Below the pieces are notes generated by a model. It saw only the letters and a program-made list of their open reading frames with translations, did not search any database and had not been told where the DNA came from. Positions 1-11,845 of a DNA stretch of 64,000 nucleotides are shown piece after piece. Both the position numbers and the translations under genes were made by a program. Source of the DNA: Batkoa obscura (Eukaryota); NCBI GenBank assembly GCA_030770535.1, contig JASVEC010000002.1, positions 1-64,000 of the forward strand, in the 5' to 3' direction. Numbering within the stretch: the stretch's first letter is position 1; every line of letters starts with the position of its first letter.

Positions 1-800
1 TTAACCCTAACCCTAACCCTAACCCTAACCCTAACCCTAACCCTAACCCTAACCCTAACCCTAACCCTAACCCTAACCCTAACCCTAACCCTAACCCTAA
101 CCCTAACCCTAACCCTAACCCTAACCCTAACCCTAACCCTAACCCTAACCCTAACCCTAACCCTAACCCTAACCCTAACCCTAACCCTAACCCTAACCCT
201 AACCCTAACCCTAACCCTAACCCTAACCCTAACCCTAACCCTAACCCTAACCCTAACCCTAACCCTAACCCTAACCCTAACCCTAACCCTAACCCTAACC
301 CTAACCCTAACCCTAACCCTAACCCTAACCCTAACCCTAACCCTAACCCTAACCCTAACCCTAACCCTAACCCTAACCCTAACCCTAACCCTAACCCTAA
401 CCCTAACCCTAACCCTAACCCTAACCCTAACCCTAACCCTAACCCTAACCCTAACCCTAACCCTAACCCTAACCCTAACCCTAACCCTAACCCTAACCCT
501 AACCCTAACCCTAACCCTAACCCTAACCCTAACCCTAACCCTAACCCTAACCCTAACCCTAACCCTAACCCTAACCCTAACCCTAACCCTAACCCTAACC
601 CTAACCCTAACCCTAACCCTAACCCTAACCCTAACCCTAACCCTAACCCTAACCCTAACCCTAACCCTAACCCTAACCCTAACCCTAACCCTAACCTTAA
701 CCCTAACCCTAACCCTAACCCTAACCCTAACCCTAACCCTAACCCTAACCCTAACCCTAACCCTAACCCTAACCCTAACCCTAACCCTAACCCTAACCCT
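1..800 (-). repeat. Telomeric repeat array (CCCTAA)n / (TTAGGG)n, ~133 units; chromosome end
   Basis: Uninterrupted CCCTAA hexamers from the window start to 800, with one variant unit CCTTAA at 695-700. Confidence 0.99.
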
Positions 801-1263
801 TGTAAAATATCGCTTTGTCAGTCCCATGCTTAATTATAGCATAACAATCGCCTAAGCTGTTGTATTCTTGAGTTCAGAGGAAATCAATCCCATGTTCTTA
901 TTTTGATTTGCTACGAGAATTCTAACTCCATTCAAAAGAATATTATCTTCTCATTTTGATATTTATACTTTTCAGAGTATAAAAGAGTTTACAGAGTATA
1001 GTAGTTCGAGGCTTTTTAACTGAATTATTCTTTGATATCTCGAACATTTAATAAACCCACTAAGTTTTCTTAATAGTATTTTACATAGATTTTACATTAG
1101 CATTGTCTATTCTATTTGTCTTATATAGCTTGTAACCTATTACGTGCTATTCCTCATAACCCAAGTCTATCTTAGTCACGTAAACTAAGACCTTTCGACT
1201 TATAGTGTAGTCAACCCAGCAATAGCTGTTCTTGATTCCAAACCCTGAGTACCAGATTTCACA
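801..1263 (+). mobile_element. Solo LTR-like element (copy 1), ~463 bp, directly abutting the telomere
   Basis: Termini TGTAAAAT...ATTTCACA (TG...CA with a short imperfect inverted repeat). Contains TATAAAAG (978-985) followed by AATAAA (1050-1055). Related sequence occurs at 1264-1747 and 14740-14770. Confidence 0.7.
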
Positions 1264-1747
1264 CCTTGAGTCACTATGTTCTAGAATCTCTTTTATACTC
1301 CAACAAGTATGGATATCAAAATGAGAAGATAATGTCCTTCGGAGTCATATGACAGAAATTCTCATAGTAAATCAAAATAGGAGCATCGAATTGATTGTCT
1401 CTGAACTCGAGAACACTACTTGAGTGATTGCTGTATTAGAATCAATCATGGAGCTGACAAAGCAATATTCCACGCTTTTATCCATACTTGTTGGAGTATA
1501 AAAGAGATTCTAGAACATAGTGACTCAAGGCTTTTTAACTGAATTGTTCTCTGATATCTCTCGTACATTTAATAAAGTCACTAAGCTTTCTTAATAGTAT
1601 TTTACATAGATTTTACAATAGTATTATCTATTATATTTATCTTACATAGTCTGTAGCATATTACGTGTTATTCTTCATAACCCAAGTCTATCTTAGTCAC
1701 ATAAGCTAAGACCTCTTGACTCTAACCACTGAGTACCAGATTTCACA
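1264..1747. mobile_element. Rearranged second copy of the LTR-like element (5' part inverted)
   Basis: 1264-1474 is a diverged reverse complement of 801-1011. 1479-1747 is a diverged direct copy of ~959-1263 and ends in the same GAGTACCAGATTTCACA. 1264-1315 and 1479-1530 form a perfect 52-bp inverted repeat. Confidence 0.7.
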
Positions 1748-2086
1748 ATAATAAATAATAGATTTTATAATTATTTGATTTGTTATATTAATTTATAATT
1801 TAGCAACTAACCTTTTCTTTTAAAATAAATAATATAAAATCCAGTACTTGATAAAAAAAGCAATGAAAGTTTAAGTACTATTTATAAATTAAAAATGTGT
1901 AAAAATTAAGTAAATTTTACTAAAGTATGCCAATTTTTAAAAAAAAAATTATAATAATAAGTTTTTTTATATTTTACATTAAAGCACCGTATATAAAAGA
2001 CATATTATAAACTATGATTAAACTAATTATTAAATTGATAAAGTAATATTTTATAACAGTTAGTTAGTAAATGTTTAAATTTAAAT

Positions 2087-2192
2087 ATGTGGGAGTGTTT
2101 TTTTTGACTTCATTACTTTTTCCATTTTTTAAGCGTTATTTAAGTGGAAATTTTATTAGTAAAATCATTAAACAAAAAAACACATCCTCATA
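2087..2192 (-). mobile_element. ~100-bp MITE-like element, family 1 (orientation B)
   Basis: Matches the consensus GGGGATGT(A)TTTTT...AAGAATTTTACTAACAA...GCGCTTAAAA...AGTAATGAAG...AAAAACATCCCC in reverse. Confidence 0.8.
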
Positions 2193-2628
2193 TGATAGTT
2201 ATTTATTTTAAGATTTTGTTTTTTTATTAAAAAATATGTCTATAGCTTTGTATTTATTAAACTACCAGATGATATCGAGTTTATTTAATTTTAGTTAAAT
2301 AAAAATAGTAAAAGTTTTATAAACCTAAGATTTATAGAAAACATTGAAATCTGACATTTTTAGATATAGAAGACCTTGTAAAGTTTTACTAATTGTAAAA
2401 ATTCCAAAACATCTAAAAGTGTCTTACCTATAAGAAATTATTAACACTTTTCAAAACTTTTTATGATCCCTATGTTAAAAAATACACCTTTAAAATTAAT
2501 AGAAAATTCTCAAAATGATATCATTGTGTACAATTTTCGAGTTTAAAATTTGACCAATTAAAACAAACCCACCACGTATAAAAGAAAGTGATATATCAAC
2601 CATTTTAATATTTTCATTAGTTAAAATA

Positions 2629-3701
2629 ATGTCAACTCAACAAAATAGTTTGTATCCAGAAATTGAACCTTTTTATAAAGGCCAACTTAAAGTCTCTGAC
2701 GTTCATACCTTGTATTACGAACAATCCGGCAACAAGGATGGATTACCAGTAGTATTCTTTCATGGGTAATAAATCAATATAAAAAATAATTGATCGTTGA
2801 CTAAATTTATTTAATAAAGTGGGCCAGGTGGAGGTGTTGGAGATCGTGATAGAAGATTCTTTGATCCAAAAGTTTATCATATTATTTTATTTGATCAACG
2901 TGGTGCTGGAAACTCTACTCCTTCTTTCTGTTTAGAAGAAAATGATACTTGGTCTATTATTTCTGATATTGAAAAATTACGGTAATTATTATTTACATAA
3001 ATTTAACGATAAAAAAGATTTAATCATATTAAAGTAACCATTTAAAAATTGAAAAATGGGTTGTTTTTGGTGGCTCATGGGGCTCTACTCTTGCTCTTGC
3101 GTATGCTGAAACTCACATCCAAAGAGTTCATGGTTTAGTTTTAAGAGGTATCTTTTTACTTCGTGATGAAGAAATCGAGTGGTTTTACCAAAAAGGTGCG
3201 TCCCATATCTATCCAGACCAATGGGAAGGTTACCTTGCTCCAATTCCTGAAAGTGAAAGACATGATTTATTAACTGCCTATTATAAACGTCTAACTGGTG
3301 ATAATGAAGAAGAACGTGTTAAATGTGCAAAGGCTTGGTCTACTTGGGAAATGGCTACCTCAAGACTTAGAGTTGATCAAAAAGGTATTGAAAGAGCTTC
3401 TAATGACATTTGGTCCCTTGCTTTTGCTCGTATTGAATCCCACTTCTTTATTAATAAGGGGTTCTTTAAACCTAACCAATTATTAGAAAATGCTCATATC
3501 ATTAGAGATTCTAAAATTCCAGTAACTATTGTTCAAGGTAGATATGATGTAGTTTGTCCTGCCAAATCTGCTTGGGATTTGAAAAAAGTTTTACCCGAAG
3601 CTGAATTACATATTGTAGAAGATGCTGGTCATTCTGCAAAAGAAGATGGTATTACTAAATTGTTAGTAGATGCTTGTGATAAATATAAATCCTTATTTTA
3701 A
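2629..3701 (+). CDS. Proline iminopeptidase (alpha/beta hydrolase, peptidase S33); 3 exons
   Basis: Spliced exons ~2629-2765, 2820-2981 and 3035-3701 give LYPEIEPF, HGGPGGG, FDQRGAG, the VFGGSWGSTL nucleophile motif, IVQGRYDVVCP and AGHS. Confidence 0.93.
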
Positions 3702-3853
3702 ATAAAGATGATTTTGTTTAAAATTTAAATTACGAATATTATATAAGTAACTATTATGTTATTAAATTACTATTTTTGATAATTATTTATTAACTCAGTT
3801 AAACAGTTTTAAAATCCAAGGTTTAAAAAATGATTAAACAGTTTATTTTATTC

Positions 3854-5143
3854 TTAAGAAGAATTTGCCCAATCTTTTAATTGTAATAGTTTTTGTTTAA
3901 GTTCATCGTCTAGTTTTCTATTATTTTGTGCTTGTTTGAACACTTTTGATATTTCAGAAGTTGGTATACAATTATTGGAATATGACTGGGTAAATTTAAG
4001 TAACATATCACTCCAAAGATATGCTAAATCAGAATCTATATGATTAGTTAACTTGGTTTGTAATAAACTACACCATTTGATAATTATTCCTGATTCAACT
4101 GGATCATTATTCTTAACCTTTTCATCACTGTGTTCATTCTTCATTGAAGGATCTAGTAAATCAATAATAAGATTCAACACTTTTGTATTGACACTTTTAG
4201 ATAAATCAAATTGGTAAACATTATACAACACATCAAATCCATTAGCACGATGGAAAGCCTCTAATGCTAAATCATCATTTCTAACTGAAGCCGATAAAGC
4301 ATATAGTAACTTTGGAGTAATATCTTTCTTATTTTCAAAAGATAAATAAGCAAGTAATTTCGAAGGTAAATCAAATTTATGAACAATATCATGTGCCTTA
4401 TTATTATTCTAATAGGGATAAACATGTCATTTTTGTAAAGCTTTAAAAATATATTAAAATTACCTGTATTGAAGATCCAATGACTTTTGCTGAAAGGATT
4501 CTAAGTTTCGATGGCCATATTGGACGTAACAAATCCAATAGATTAACAAATACATCGCTGTTAACTAAATCTAGTCCAAAATTTATATCATGAACTAATT
4601 CTTCTAAGTTTTCTAATGCTTCTGTTATACTCTCTTTATCTGCATCCAAATTTTGTAATTGAGCTATACTATCATTAAATTTACCACGATCAGAAGCATT
4701 TTCTTTATGTGTTCTAGTACCACTTTTTAAAGAAGGCGTATTTTTATTGTTGTCCTTATTTTTCAATACAATAACCTCATTTCCTTTATTTTCGGCCGTA
4801 TCAAGCAATTTAGCCATCTTTTCTCCGTTTTGTAAACCCATTTTATAATGCAAACCTAAAAATATAATGTACTAAATAAGACAAAATAAAATAAAATAAA
4901 ATAATCAAAATTACCTGGAGGTACTATTTGCCCTTCAATAATTTTCTGGAATTCATGGGTTGCTTTAAAATATTTTGGATAACATAGCCCGTCTTCTTTA
5001 TTTTTTATCTCATCTTTTGAGCAATTACCTTGATGGGGTTCATGCTCTTTGACAGCTTCTTGCCTATACCCTATGGATTCTTCATTACTCGCTAAAGCGA
5101 TCCCTAATAAGATTGATACTAATGCTACTGAAATAATTTTCAT
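3854..5143 (-). CDS. SIL1: SIL1-like ER nucleotide exchange factor for BiP; 3 exons
   Basis: Signal peptide. FKATHEFQKIIEGQIVPPG|LHYKMGLQNGEKMAKL matches the SIL1 N-terminal signature. Also LENLEELVHDINFG, SSIQNN and LLYALSASVRN. Exons 5143-4915, 4855-4464, 4408-3854. Confidence 0.85.
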
Positions 5144-5636
5144 TTTTTGTTAAGCTATAATAAATAGATGCTGCTATATCTTATATATTAGTTTAATTTA
5201 CACCTAATAAGCATAGAAATAATTTTAGTGTATTTTTCTTATTGGATTCAAATTGCTAGTAAAAGAATTATCTATGTAAACAATTATGTGTAATGTTTTA
5301 ATTGGATATTTAATTGATTTTTGTTTATTGTATAATACACTAAGCTACTCTACAATAAATTCTAGATAATACAAATGTTTATCTCAAAATCTATTAATAC
5401 TTTTAAATTATAAAATCAGTCATTTAATAAGTCTAATAACTTAAGTATAATCATAATCATAATCTTGTTTGAATTTAATACATTTATATAATGTTTAAGT
5501 TATTGGTTAATTCAATTTTAAAATGGTCATTCTCTTAATATTAATTCACCTCAAAGCAAAATGAAACATTAAACCTAACGATGACGAAACATTTAAAAGC
5601 CCTTCTGATCTTTATTTTCTTTACTTTTTTAAAAAA

Positions 5637-6137
5637 ATGTTACAAAAATATATTAAAAAGAATCTTTTAAATAGTTTAAAATTGAATTACAGATACAATA
5701 CTATATATACTTCTATTAAGTATTATAATCGTCATTTAGATATTGAAGAGGATGTTGACCTTTCAAGATCAACTTCAAACGCTTTTAACAAGGTAACAAA
5801 AGAAGAAGCCTTGGCTCCAGGTATTGCTGATAAAAGCCATGCCTATCGTGTATCCGCAAATCATGAAGATGTCTCCTTTTCTAATGAAAATGATGACTTA
5901 ATAAATACTCCGTACTTTAAACCAATTTCTCATGGAAAAGGCATTCAATTAAAATCCATGGCTTCTGCAATTTCTAATGAAATGTCAGACTCTTTAAACA
6001 TCAATTCTGAAGCAGCAAAAATTGCTTCGACTGAGACCAAAGAAGATAATAATATGGCTAAAGAGGCTGGAGAATTAGCTAACAAAACTAGGGTTATTTC
6101 CTCTGGCCATGGCAAGGTTTCGGTAAATGAAAATTAA
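5637..6137 (+). CDS. Hypothetical protein, possible mitochondrial presequence
   Basis: 166-aa ORF with higher GC than its flanks and an AAAAAATG start context. The N-terminus is basic and acid-free. No family recognised. Confidence 0.65.
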   Translation: MLQKYIKKNLLNSLKLNYRYNTIYTSIKYYNRHLDIEEDVDLSRSTSNAFNKVTKEEALAPGIADKSHAYRVSANHEDVSFSNENDDLINTPYFKPISHGKGIQLKSMASAISNEMSDSLNINSEAAKIASTETKEDNNMAKEAGELANKTRVISSGHGKVSVNEN

Positions 6138-6484
6138 TATTCAAACTTATTTATCCAATTTAGATAGATAGATTAATTTAAACATTAAATTATTTTCCGC
6201 TTTTACAACTTATTTTATTTTAATAATTTTTAAAACACTATTATTTTTAATAGTACTTTTATAAATTAATAAATTTATTACTATACAATATCTATTGTAA
6301 ATATTTAACACAATTGAATAATATTAATTATAACTTTATATCTCACATAGTGGGTCTTATATTCATAATAGTATGCTTATTTTGATGTAATAATTATTAG
6401 ATCTGGTTTTAGTAAATCACTTTGCATAATTGCTTAGTAGTATTTAAACAAAATGAAACGTAATAAAGGATTGTTTTTTGAAAA

Positions 6485-7567
6485 ATGGAACAAAGAAATA
6501 ATTTATTGAGTGATACCAATTTGAATTTTATATATTCAGAATTAATCAACAAGAATAAAAAAAATGACGAACAGTTTATAAACAAAAAAGAAGATATAAT
6601 AATACTATCACTTCATACTATATTCTTAGCATTGGGATTTAAAAACAAAGCGAAGGGTAAGCTTATTTTTTAAAAGATAGTATTAAATTGACTTTATAAA
6701 GGAAATTCTGATGAAGCAGATAAATATTCTATGTCAGATATCTGGAATAAGGATGAGTTTTATAACTTTGAGTATTTACATCCTCAATCCAAATTGAATT
6801 TTATAGTCAAAAGCTTAATCATGTCAAATAGATTGTTGATACATGGTAGTACACTAGAAGAAAATGAGATCTATAGCTTAGAAGTAATCACTGATGAATA
6901 TATATCGGACCAAACTTCATTTCCACTAAAAAAGGATGACAACTTATCAAATTTGTATATATCACAAGATAAACTTAATAATTTAACTCAACTTATTAAA
7001 GAAAAAGTCATTCAAAAACTTATACCTGGGTTGCAAAAAGAGGGTTACCAAGAAAATATTACTGGAGGAAATGATGCTACTTCTAACATAACTCCCCCTA
7101 TACATGATAACTACAATGATAGTAGTAGGAATGTTAATTTAACTGAGCCTTCTTTCAATCCTTTTGCTTATGGCGATAGAGACCTTAATCCCTTAGGAGG
7201 TATGGGCACAGCTCCAGGCTTGCCTCGCTTTGGGGGCGGTGGTGGGAGTTCAATTGACCCATTTGGCATGGGTGGATCTAGCCAAGGCGGTATGTTTCTT
7301 GGGCCGAACCATCCTATATTTTCTCCGGATCACCCAAGTGCTCCGAGAAATCCAGGCTCCTTACCACCTCATGCTATACCTCCTGGAGCAAGGTTCGACC
7401 CAATAACTCCTTTAGGACCAAGAGTAAACCCAAATTCACAAAGAGAACAGAGACCAACATTTTCTGGCGAACCAGACAATGATGAACTACCACCACCTGT
7501 AAGTTTTTTCATAAAATAGTTGAATATTACTAATAATAGATAGGGATATAATAATATGTTTATGTAA
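6485..7567 (+). CDS. Proteasome inhibitor PI31 (PSMF1/Fub1-like); 3 exons
   Basis: FP-domain motifs (LHTIFLALGF, YLHPQSKLNF). Pro/Gly-rich tail with YGDRDLNP, GGMFLGPNHPIF, PPGARFDPITP and EPDNDELPPP. The last exon (7544-7567) encodes GYNNMFM*. Confidence 0.92.
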
Positions 7568-8094
7568 TTTATGTTTGTAAAGTGCTAAATAAAGTTATTT
7601 TTGTCAATCATAAAATATAAGTATTGCTTTACGTGATATTAAAGCATTTTTATACCATTGAATGGATTTTTTACCGTTTATTTTATGTTCATAAATATAT
7701 TCCCTATTAAATAGCTTACATTGGTACATTGGATTAATTAAATCGAACAATATTATTAGTTTTTGTGTTCTAATAGATTAAAGATTGATATTTAATAAAT
7801 AAAATATTAACATTGTTCAGGAACTCTTTTGTTTTATTTGTTTTCTATTTTTTATACAACGTTGAATTAAAATTATTAGATAAATACTGAAATAAAAAAC
7901 ATTATAATATAATACTATTGCTTTGCTATTGATTACCACCTTTTGACATTATAAAAGTTACAAGCTGAGTATTTAGAGTCTATTATACCCTTTTTGATAT
8001 TAAAATTTATTAAAACTTAGACATTGAAAACAGTCAAAGAATTCAACATCACAAGCGAAATAGTCCAAAGCTTATAAAAGCCTAACTTAAAGAT

Positions 8095-8197
8095 ATGAGG
8101 ATGAATTTTTCTATTCAAGAATTTTACTAACAATCTTTCTGTTCAAATAGCACTTAAAAGGTGGAAAAGCAATGAAACCGAAAAAATCATCTCCATA
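8095..8197 (+). mobile_element. MITE-like element, family 1 (orientation A)
   Basis: ATGAGGATG...AAGAATTTTACTAACAATC...GCACTTAAAA...CATCTCCAT. Confidence 0.8.
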
Positions 8198-9707
8198 TTT
8201 AAAATGCCTTCAAAATCACAAAATATGAAAAACATGTGATACCAGAAGATACATTAAAGTGATGGTTTATATTATTAAATCTACGTCAGATCTAATAAGT
8301 AACAAATTAAGGCTGTATTTATTACTATGTGATTCAGAAGATAGCTTTGAAAAAGATATATTAGATGAATATCTTCGAGTTATTAATTATCTTAAATATT
8401 ATAGACGTTTTGATAATGAATTGCTTGAAAATACACACCATCATCTGATAAATTACTCCATGATGAACATTATATACTTAAAGTATCTTTATCTTCACTA
8501 AATCCATTAATGTTAACATTATAGCTCGAAGCATACACTGGATTTAATCCTATTTGAAGATGATTAAAACACAATACTACCCAATGATATTGATCCTATA
8601 ACATTCCACCTTAAAGGTGAGATATAGGAAGGGTTTACTGAATAATTTAATAATTAGTTTTTAGAAAAACAGAATAGTACTAGTCTTACTGTGTGACATT
8701 TTGTCCAAAATAAATACCAATTTTATTACACCCTGTTTTGATCAACTCCCTCCATTACAAGTTAACTCATATTTATTTCATAGTCAATTAACTATTTGGG
8801 CAATATTTAGACGGGTTCTACCCATCTGATAAGTGAAAAGGTTAAGAAGATATAATTCAAATTTGATTTCCACTATTTTATATACAGTGATATCTGGATA
8901 GTTGCCATAAAAATGAAACAAACTGCTGCATTTTTTTAAAATATTGCAAGATATGACTGGTTAAATATGTAAATAAATTAAAATACCAAGGCGAATCGAT
9001 AAAATTTCTCTTGTAGTTGTTAAATAAAGTTAAATTCAGCGTTTTATCATTTTCCTTTTTTTATTTAGTTTTGATGAATAATTGTTTTTCAATGTTTTAT
9101 AAGTTTTAAAGGATATTCCTATTAGTTTGCATGTTTTCATTTTTAAAATAAGGCTAAACCTTATAAAAACATTTGATTTTTAAAAAGTTAAATGATGTTG
9201 TATCCTGAACTTTGTAAGAATGACAATACTACTGCAAATTCGCTGCAAAATTAACTTTGGATACCATATTGTAGTTCAAAAAACTACTGCAGCAGAAATG
9301 AGCTTAATATTAATATACACGATTATCCCAATTATCGTCAATTATCCACAGGCATCACTGCCCTTATTTTCACTATTGAGTTGTTTATAATTAGTAAAAT
9401 AAATAGATCAATATATTAAAATAAAGGTCAAGTATTACAAATGTTATCTATCATATATTGATTAGTGTATTATCTGCTGTTTACTATTTATTATCTATCT
9501 GTCATTGATTATAATTTAATCTAAAATAAGTAAATTTTTATTGCTAATTGCTACTTACTATTTTAGTTCATAAATTGTAAGCTTAATTAATTTATATTAT
9601 GAGAATGTATTAAGTATTATTATTTTATTCACATTATTTAAATATTAATGTATATTAATCACAGGAAGGATACTTTTAGTATATAGTCAATAAAATGGAG
9701 TTTAGAC

Positions 9708-10523
9708 TTATTGACATGGGGAAGAACTTTCATTTTCAATACATTTCATTCCATTTGGGCAATTGAAATGAAACAGGATCCCAAAGACGCATTGGGTGTA
9801 TTTGGTTTTACCATTACATTTAATTTCAAAGTCATTACATGAAAACTCACTCTGGATTTGAGTAGGTTTGGTTTCCAAATTACTATTTGTACTAGAAGTG
9901 GAAGTAGTTTGTGTACTATCAGTTGATGAAGTTGGAATATCAGTGATACTTTGATCAGAAGAATCTGTGTTTTGACTGCTAGAATTTGTACTTTGGGCTG
10001 TTTTTGACTCAGTGGCTTGAGTTCTGACGCTTTCGCTTGGCTTTTGAGTCTCGCTCGGCTTAACTTCTTCATGTTTTTCTCCCTTTGATGGTGAAGGAGA
10101 AGATCGGAAGCCAGGCAATTCATAACTTCCTCCTTTTATGATTCCTGCACAGTTACCAGAATCTGTTGCTTCCCATGAAGCTTCGAATCTTCCACTTTCT
10201 TCACCAAATAACTCTTTAAATGAGTTCATATTGATATCTAAACCTTGACCACCTTTGTCGACTGCCATAACATAGACAACCTTATCATTACCACTTACTT
10301 TTAAACATGTACCACATTCACTTCCAAGTAAATCCTGCACCGCAGTAACTCTATCCAAATCCATATGAGACCCTAATATTCCGCACATTACTGGACTTTT
10401 ATCAAGCAAAGGGGCATCTTGGTGATAATAATGAGTTGAAATTCTATTGCTACCAGAAGTAGAGCAACTGATATTTGAACTGAAAATGAGCAAAACTAAA
10501 GCTGAAATGAATGTCTTGTGCAT
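9708..10523 (-). CDS. Secreted expansin-like/RlpA double-psi beta-barrel protein with S/T linker and C-terminal Cys-rich CBM19-like domain (paralog A)
   Basis: Signal peptide; CG, ECGTCLKV, VMAVD and GLDIN..SF motifs of DPBB/loosenin-like proteins; S/T-rich linker; C-terminal six-Cys module including CPNGMKC. Confidence 0.8.
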   Translation of the reverse strand: MHKTFISALVLLIFSSNISCSTSGSNRISTHYYHQDAPLLDKSPVMCGILGSHMDLDRVTAVQDLLGSECGTCLKVSGNDKVVYVMAVDKGGQGLDINMNSFKELFGEESGRFEASWEATDSGNCAGIIKGGSYELPGFRSSPSPSKGEKHEEVKPSETQKPSESVRTQATESKTAQSTNSSSQNTDSSDQSITDIPTSSTDSTQTTSTSSTNSNLETKPTQIQSEFSCNDFEIKCNGKTKYTQCVFGILFHFNCPNGMKCIENESSSPCQ

Positions 10524-11095
10524 TTCAAATCAGATGAGTTGATATATTAATTGTATATAATTTTATCAGCTTTTAAAAAAAGCAAAAGCAAAGATTAAAT
10601 ATTAGGTATTAGGTATATTTATAAAAGAAAACCAAGGTATCTTTCACTCTCACCTCTTTTTATTCTAGTACTTGATTTTAAAGGGGATAAATTAAATATC
10701 ATGGGGATAAATCGAATTTAAAGAAATTTTTCCAAATAGGGAATATTCTATAGTGACTTTAAAATTAATGGATTATAGAATCCGCGTAATTGAACCAAAA
10801 CCTTAAATCCTTGTAAAAATTGAAAACTCTTTATCATGGAGGTGATTTTAAATATTTTAGTAAATTTAGAAAATGTTTATTGACCTTATCATCTGCCCAA
10901 CATAGTATATTAAATTAATAAATTTCATTATTATCAATCAGTAATTTTATCTCAAAATTTCGAAAAAACACTTGAGTACATGATATTTTCGAATCTTTTG
11001 AAAAAATAAAATTTAAAATTTAAAAAGTTGAATACAATAAAATTTATTTATTTATTTATACCAGCCAATACACAGTATTGAAATTAGACTATTTT

Positions 11096-11845
11096 TTATG
11101 CACAAGTAACAAAGCTACCTTTGTTTTCACATTTTGTGCCTTTAGCACAACTTATAATGAAAGGAGTATCGTGGACACATTGTACAAAACGATTACCACC
11201 TAAGCATTTCATTTCAAATCCTTTACAAGTCACATCCTTATCGCTATTGGAAGTTTCTGACTTAGCTTCTTCTTTAGTTTCTTTTTTAGCTTCTGGTTGT
11301 ACTTCTTGTTTGGTCTCTGGCTGTACCTCTTGTTTGGTCTCTGGCTGTACCTCTTGTTTAACCTCCTGTTTAACTTCCTGTTTAACTTTAGGTTCATCGT
11401 TTTTCTTTGGAGAAGGAATCGAACGTAATCCAGGAATGTTATAGTCACCACCAGTGATAATACCTGCGCAATTGCCAGAATCCGTTACTTCCCATGAAGC
11501 ATCAAATCTCCCAGTTTCTTCACCGAATAATTCTCTAAAGGAGCTCATGTTAATATCTAAACCTTGACCTCCTCTATCAACTGCCATAACGTATACGACT
11601 TTATTGTTACCAGTTACTTTTAAGCATGAGCCACATTCAGCACCAGTTAAATCTTGGACTGCAGTAACTCTATTCAAATCCATGTGGGATCCTAAAAATC
11701 CACACATTACTGGGTTTGTATCAAGGAATGGAGCATCTTTATGATAATAATGAGTAGTAATTTTATTACTACCGGAAGTAGAAGCTAAAGAGCCACTTGA
11801 AAGTAAACTGACAATGGAATATAAAAAAATAGAGTTAAAAATCAT
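11096..11845 (-). CDS. Secreted expansin-like DPBB protein with KQEV/QPET repeat linker and CBM19-like domain (paralog B)
   Basis: Highly similar DPBB domain to 9708-10523. The probable start is ATG 11845 (MIFNSIFLY..., signal peptide). C-terminal CAKGTKC module. Confidence 0.8.
   Translation of the reverse strand: MIFNSIFLYSIVSLLSSGSLASTSGSNKITTHYYHKDAPFLDTNPVMCGFLGSHMDLNRVTAVQDLTGAECGSCLKVTGNNKVVYVMAVDRGGQGLDINMSSFRELFGEETGRFDASWEVTDSGNCAGIITGGDYNIPGLRSIPSPKKNDEPKVKQEVKQEVKQEVQPETKQEVQPETKQEVQPEAKKETKEEAKSETSNSDKDVTCKGFEMKCLGGNRFVQCVHDTPFIISCAKGTKCENKGSFVTCA

Noticed and set aside
1..800. CRISPR-like or satellite interpretation of the terminal array
   Set aside because: It is a pure hexamer with no spacers and matches the canonical TTAGGG telomere.
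3298..3486. Short alternative-frame or antisense ORFs overlapping real genes (also 9746-10123, 11121-11444, 11230-11451, 15655-16002, 24056-24298, 24236-24484, 27040-27234, 32593-32802, 44151-44411, 50362-50616, 53965-54225, 55159-55389, 59069-59297)
   Set aside because: They are shadows of well-supported CDSs and show no independent motifs.
8259..8501. Isolated small intergenic ORFs (also 15353, 17678, 21892, 25884, 40289, 52343, 52429, 53315, 62855)
   Set aside because: They have AT-driven composition, often non-ATG starts and no motifs, and two overlap MITE copies.
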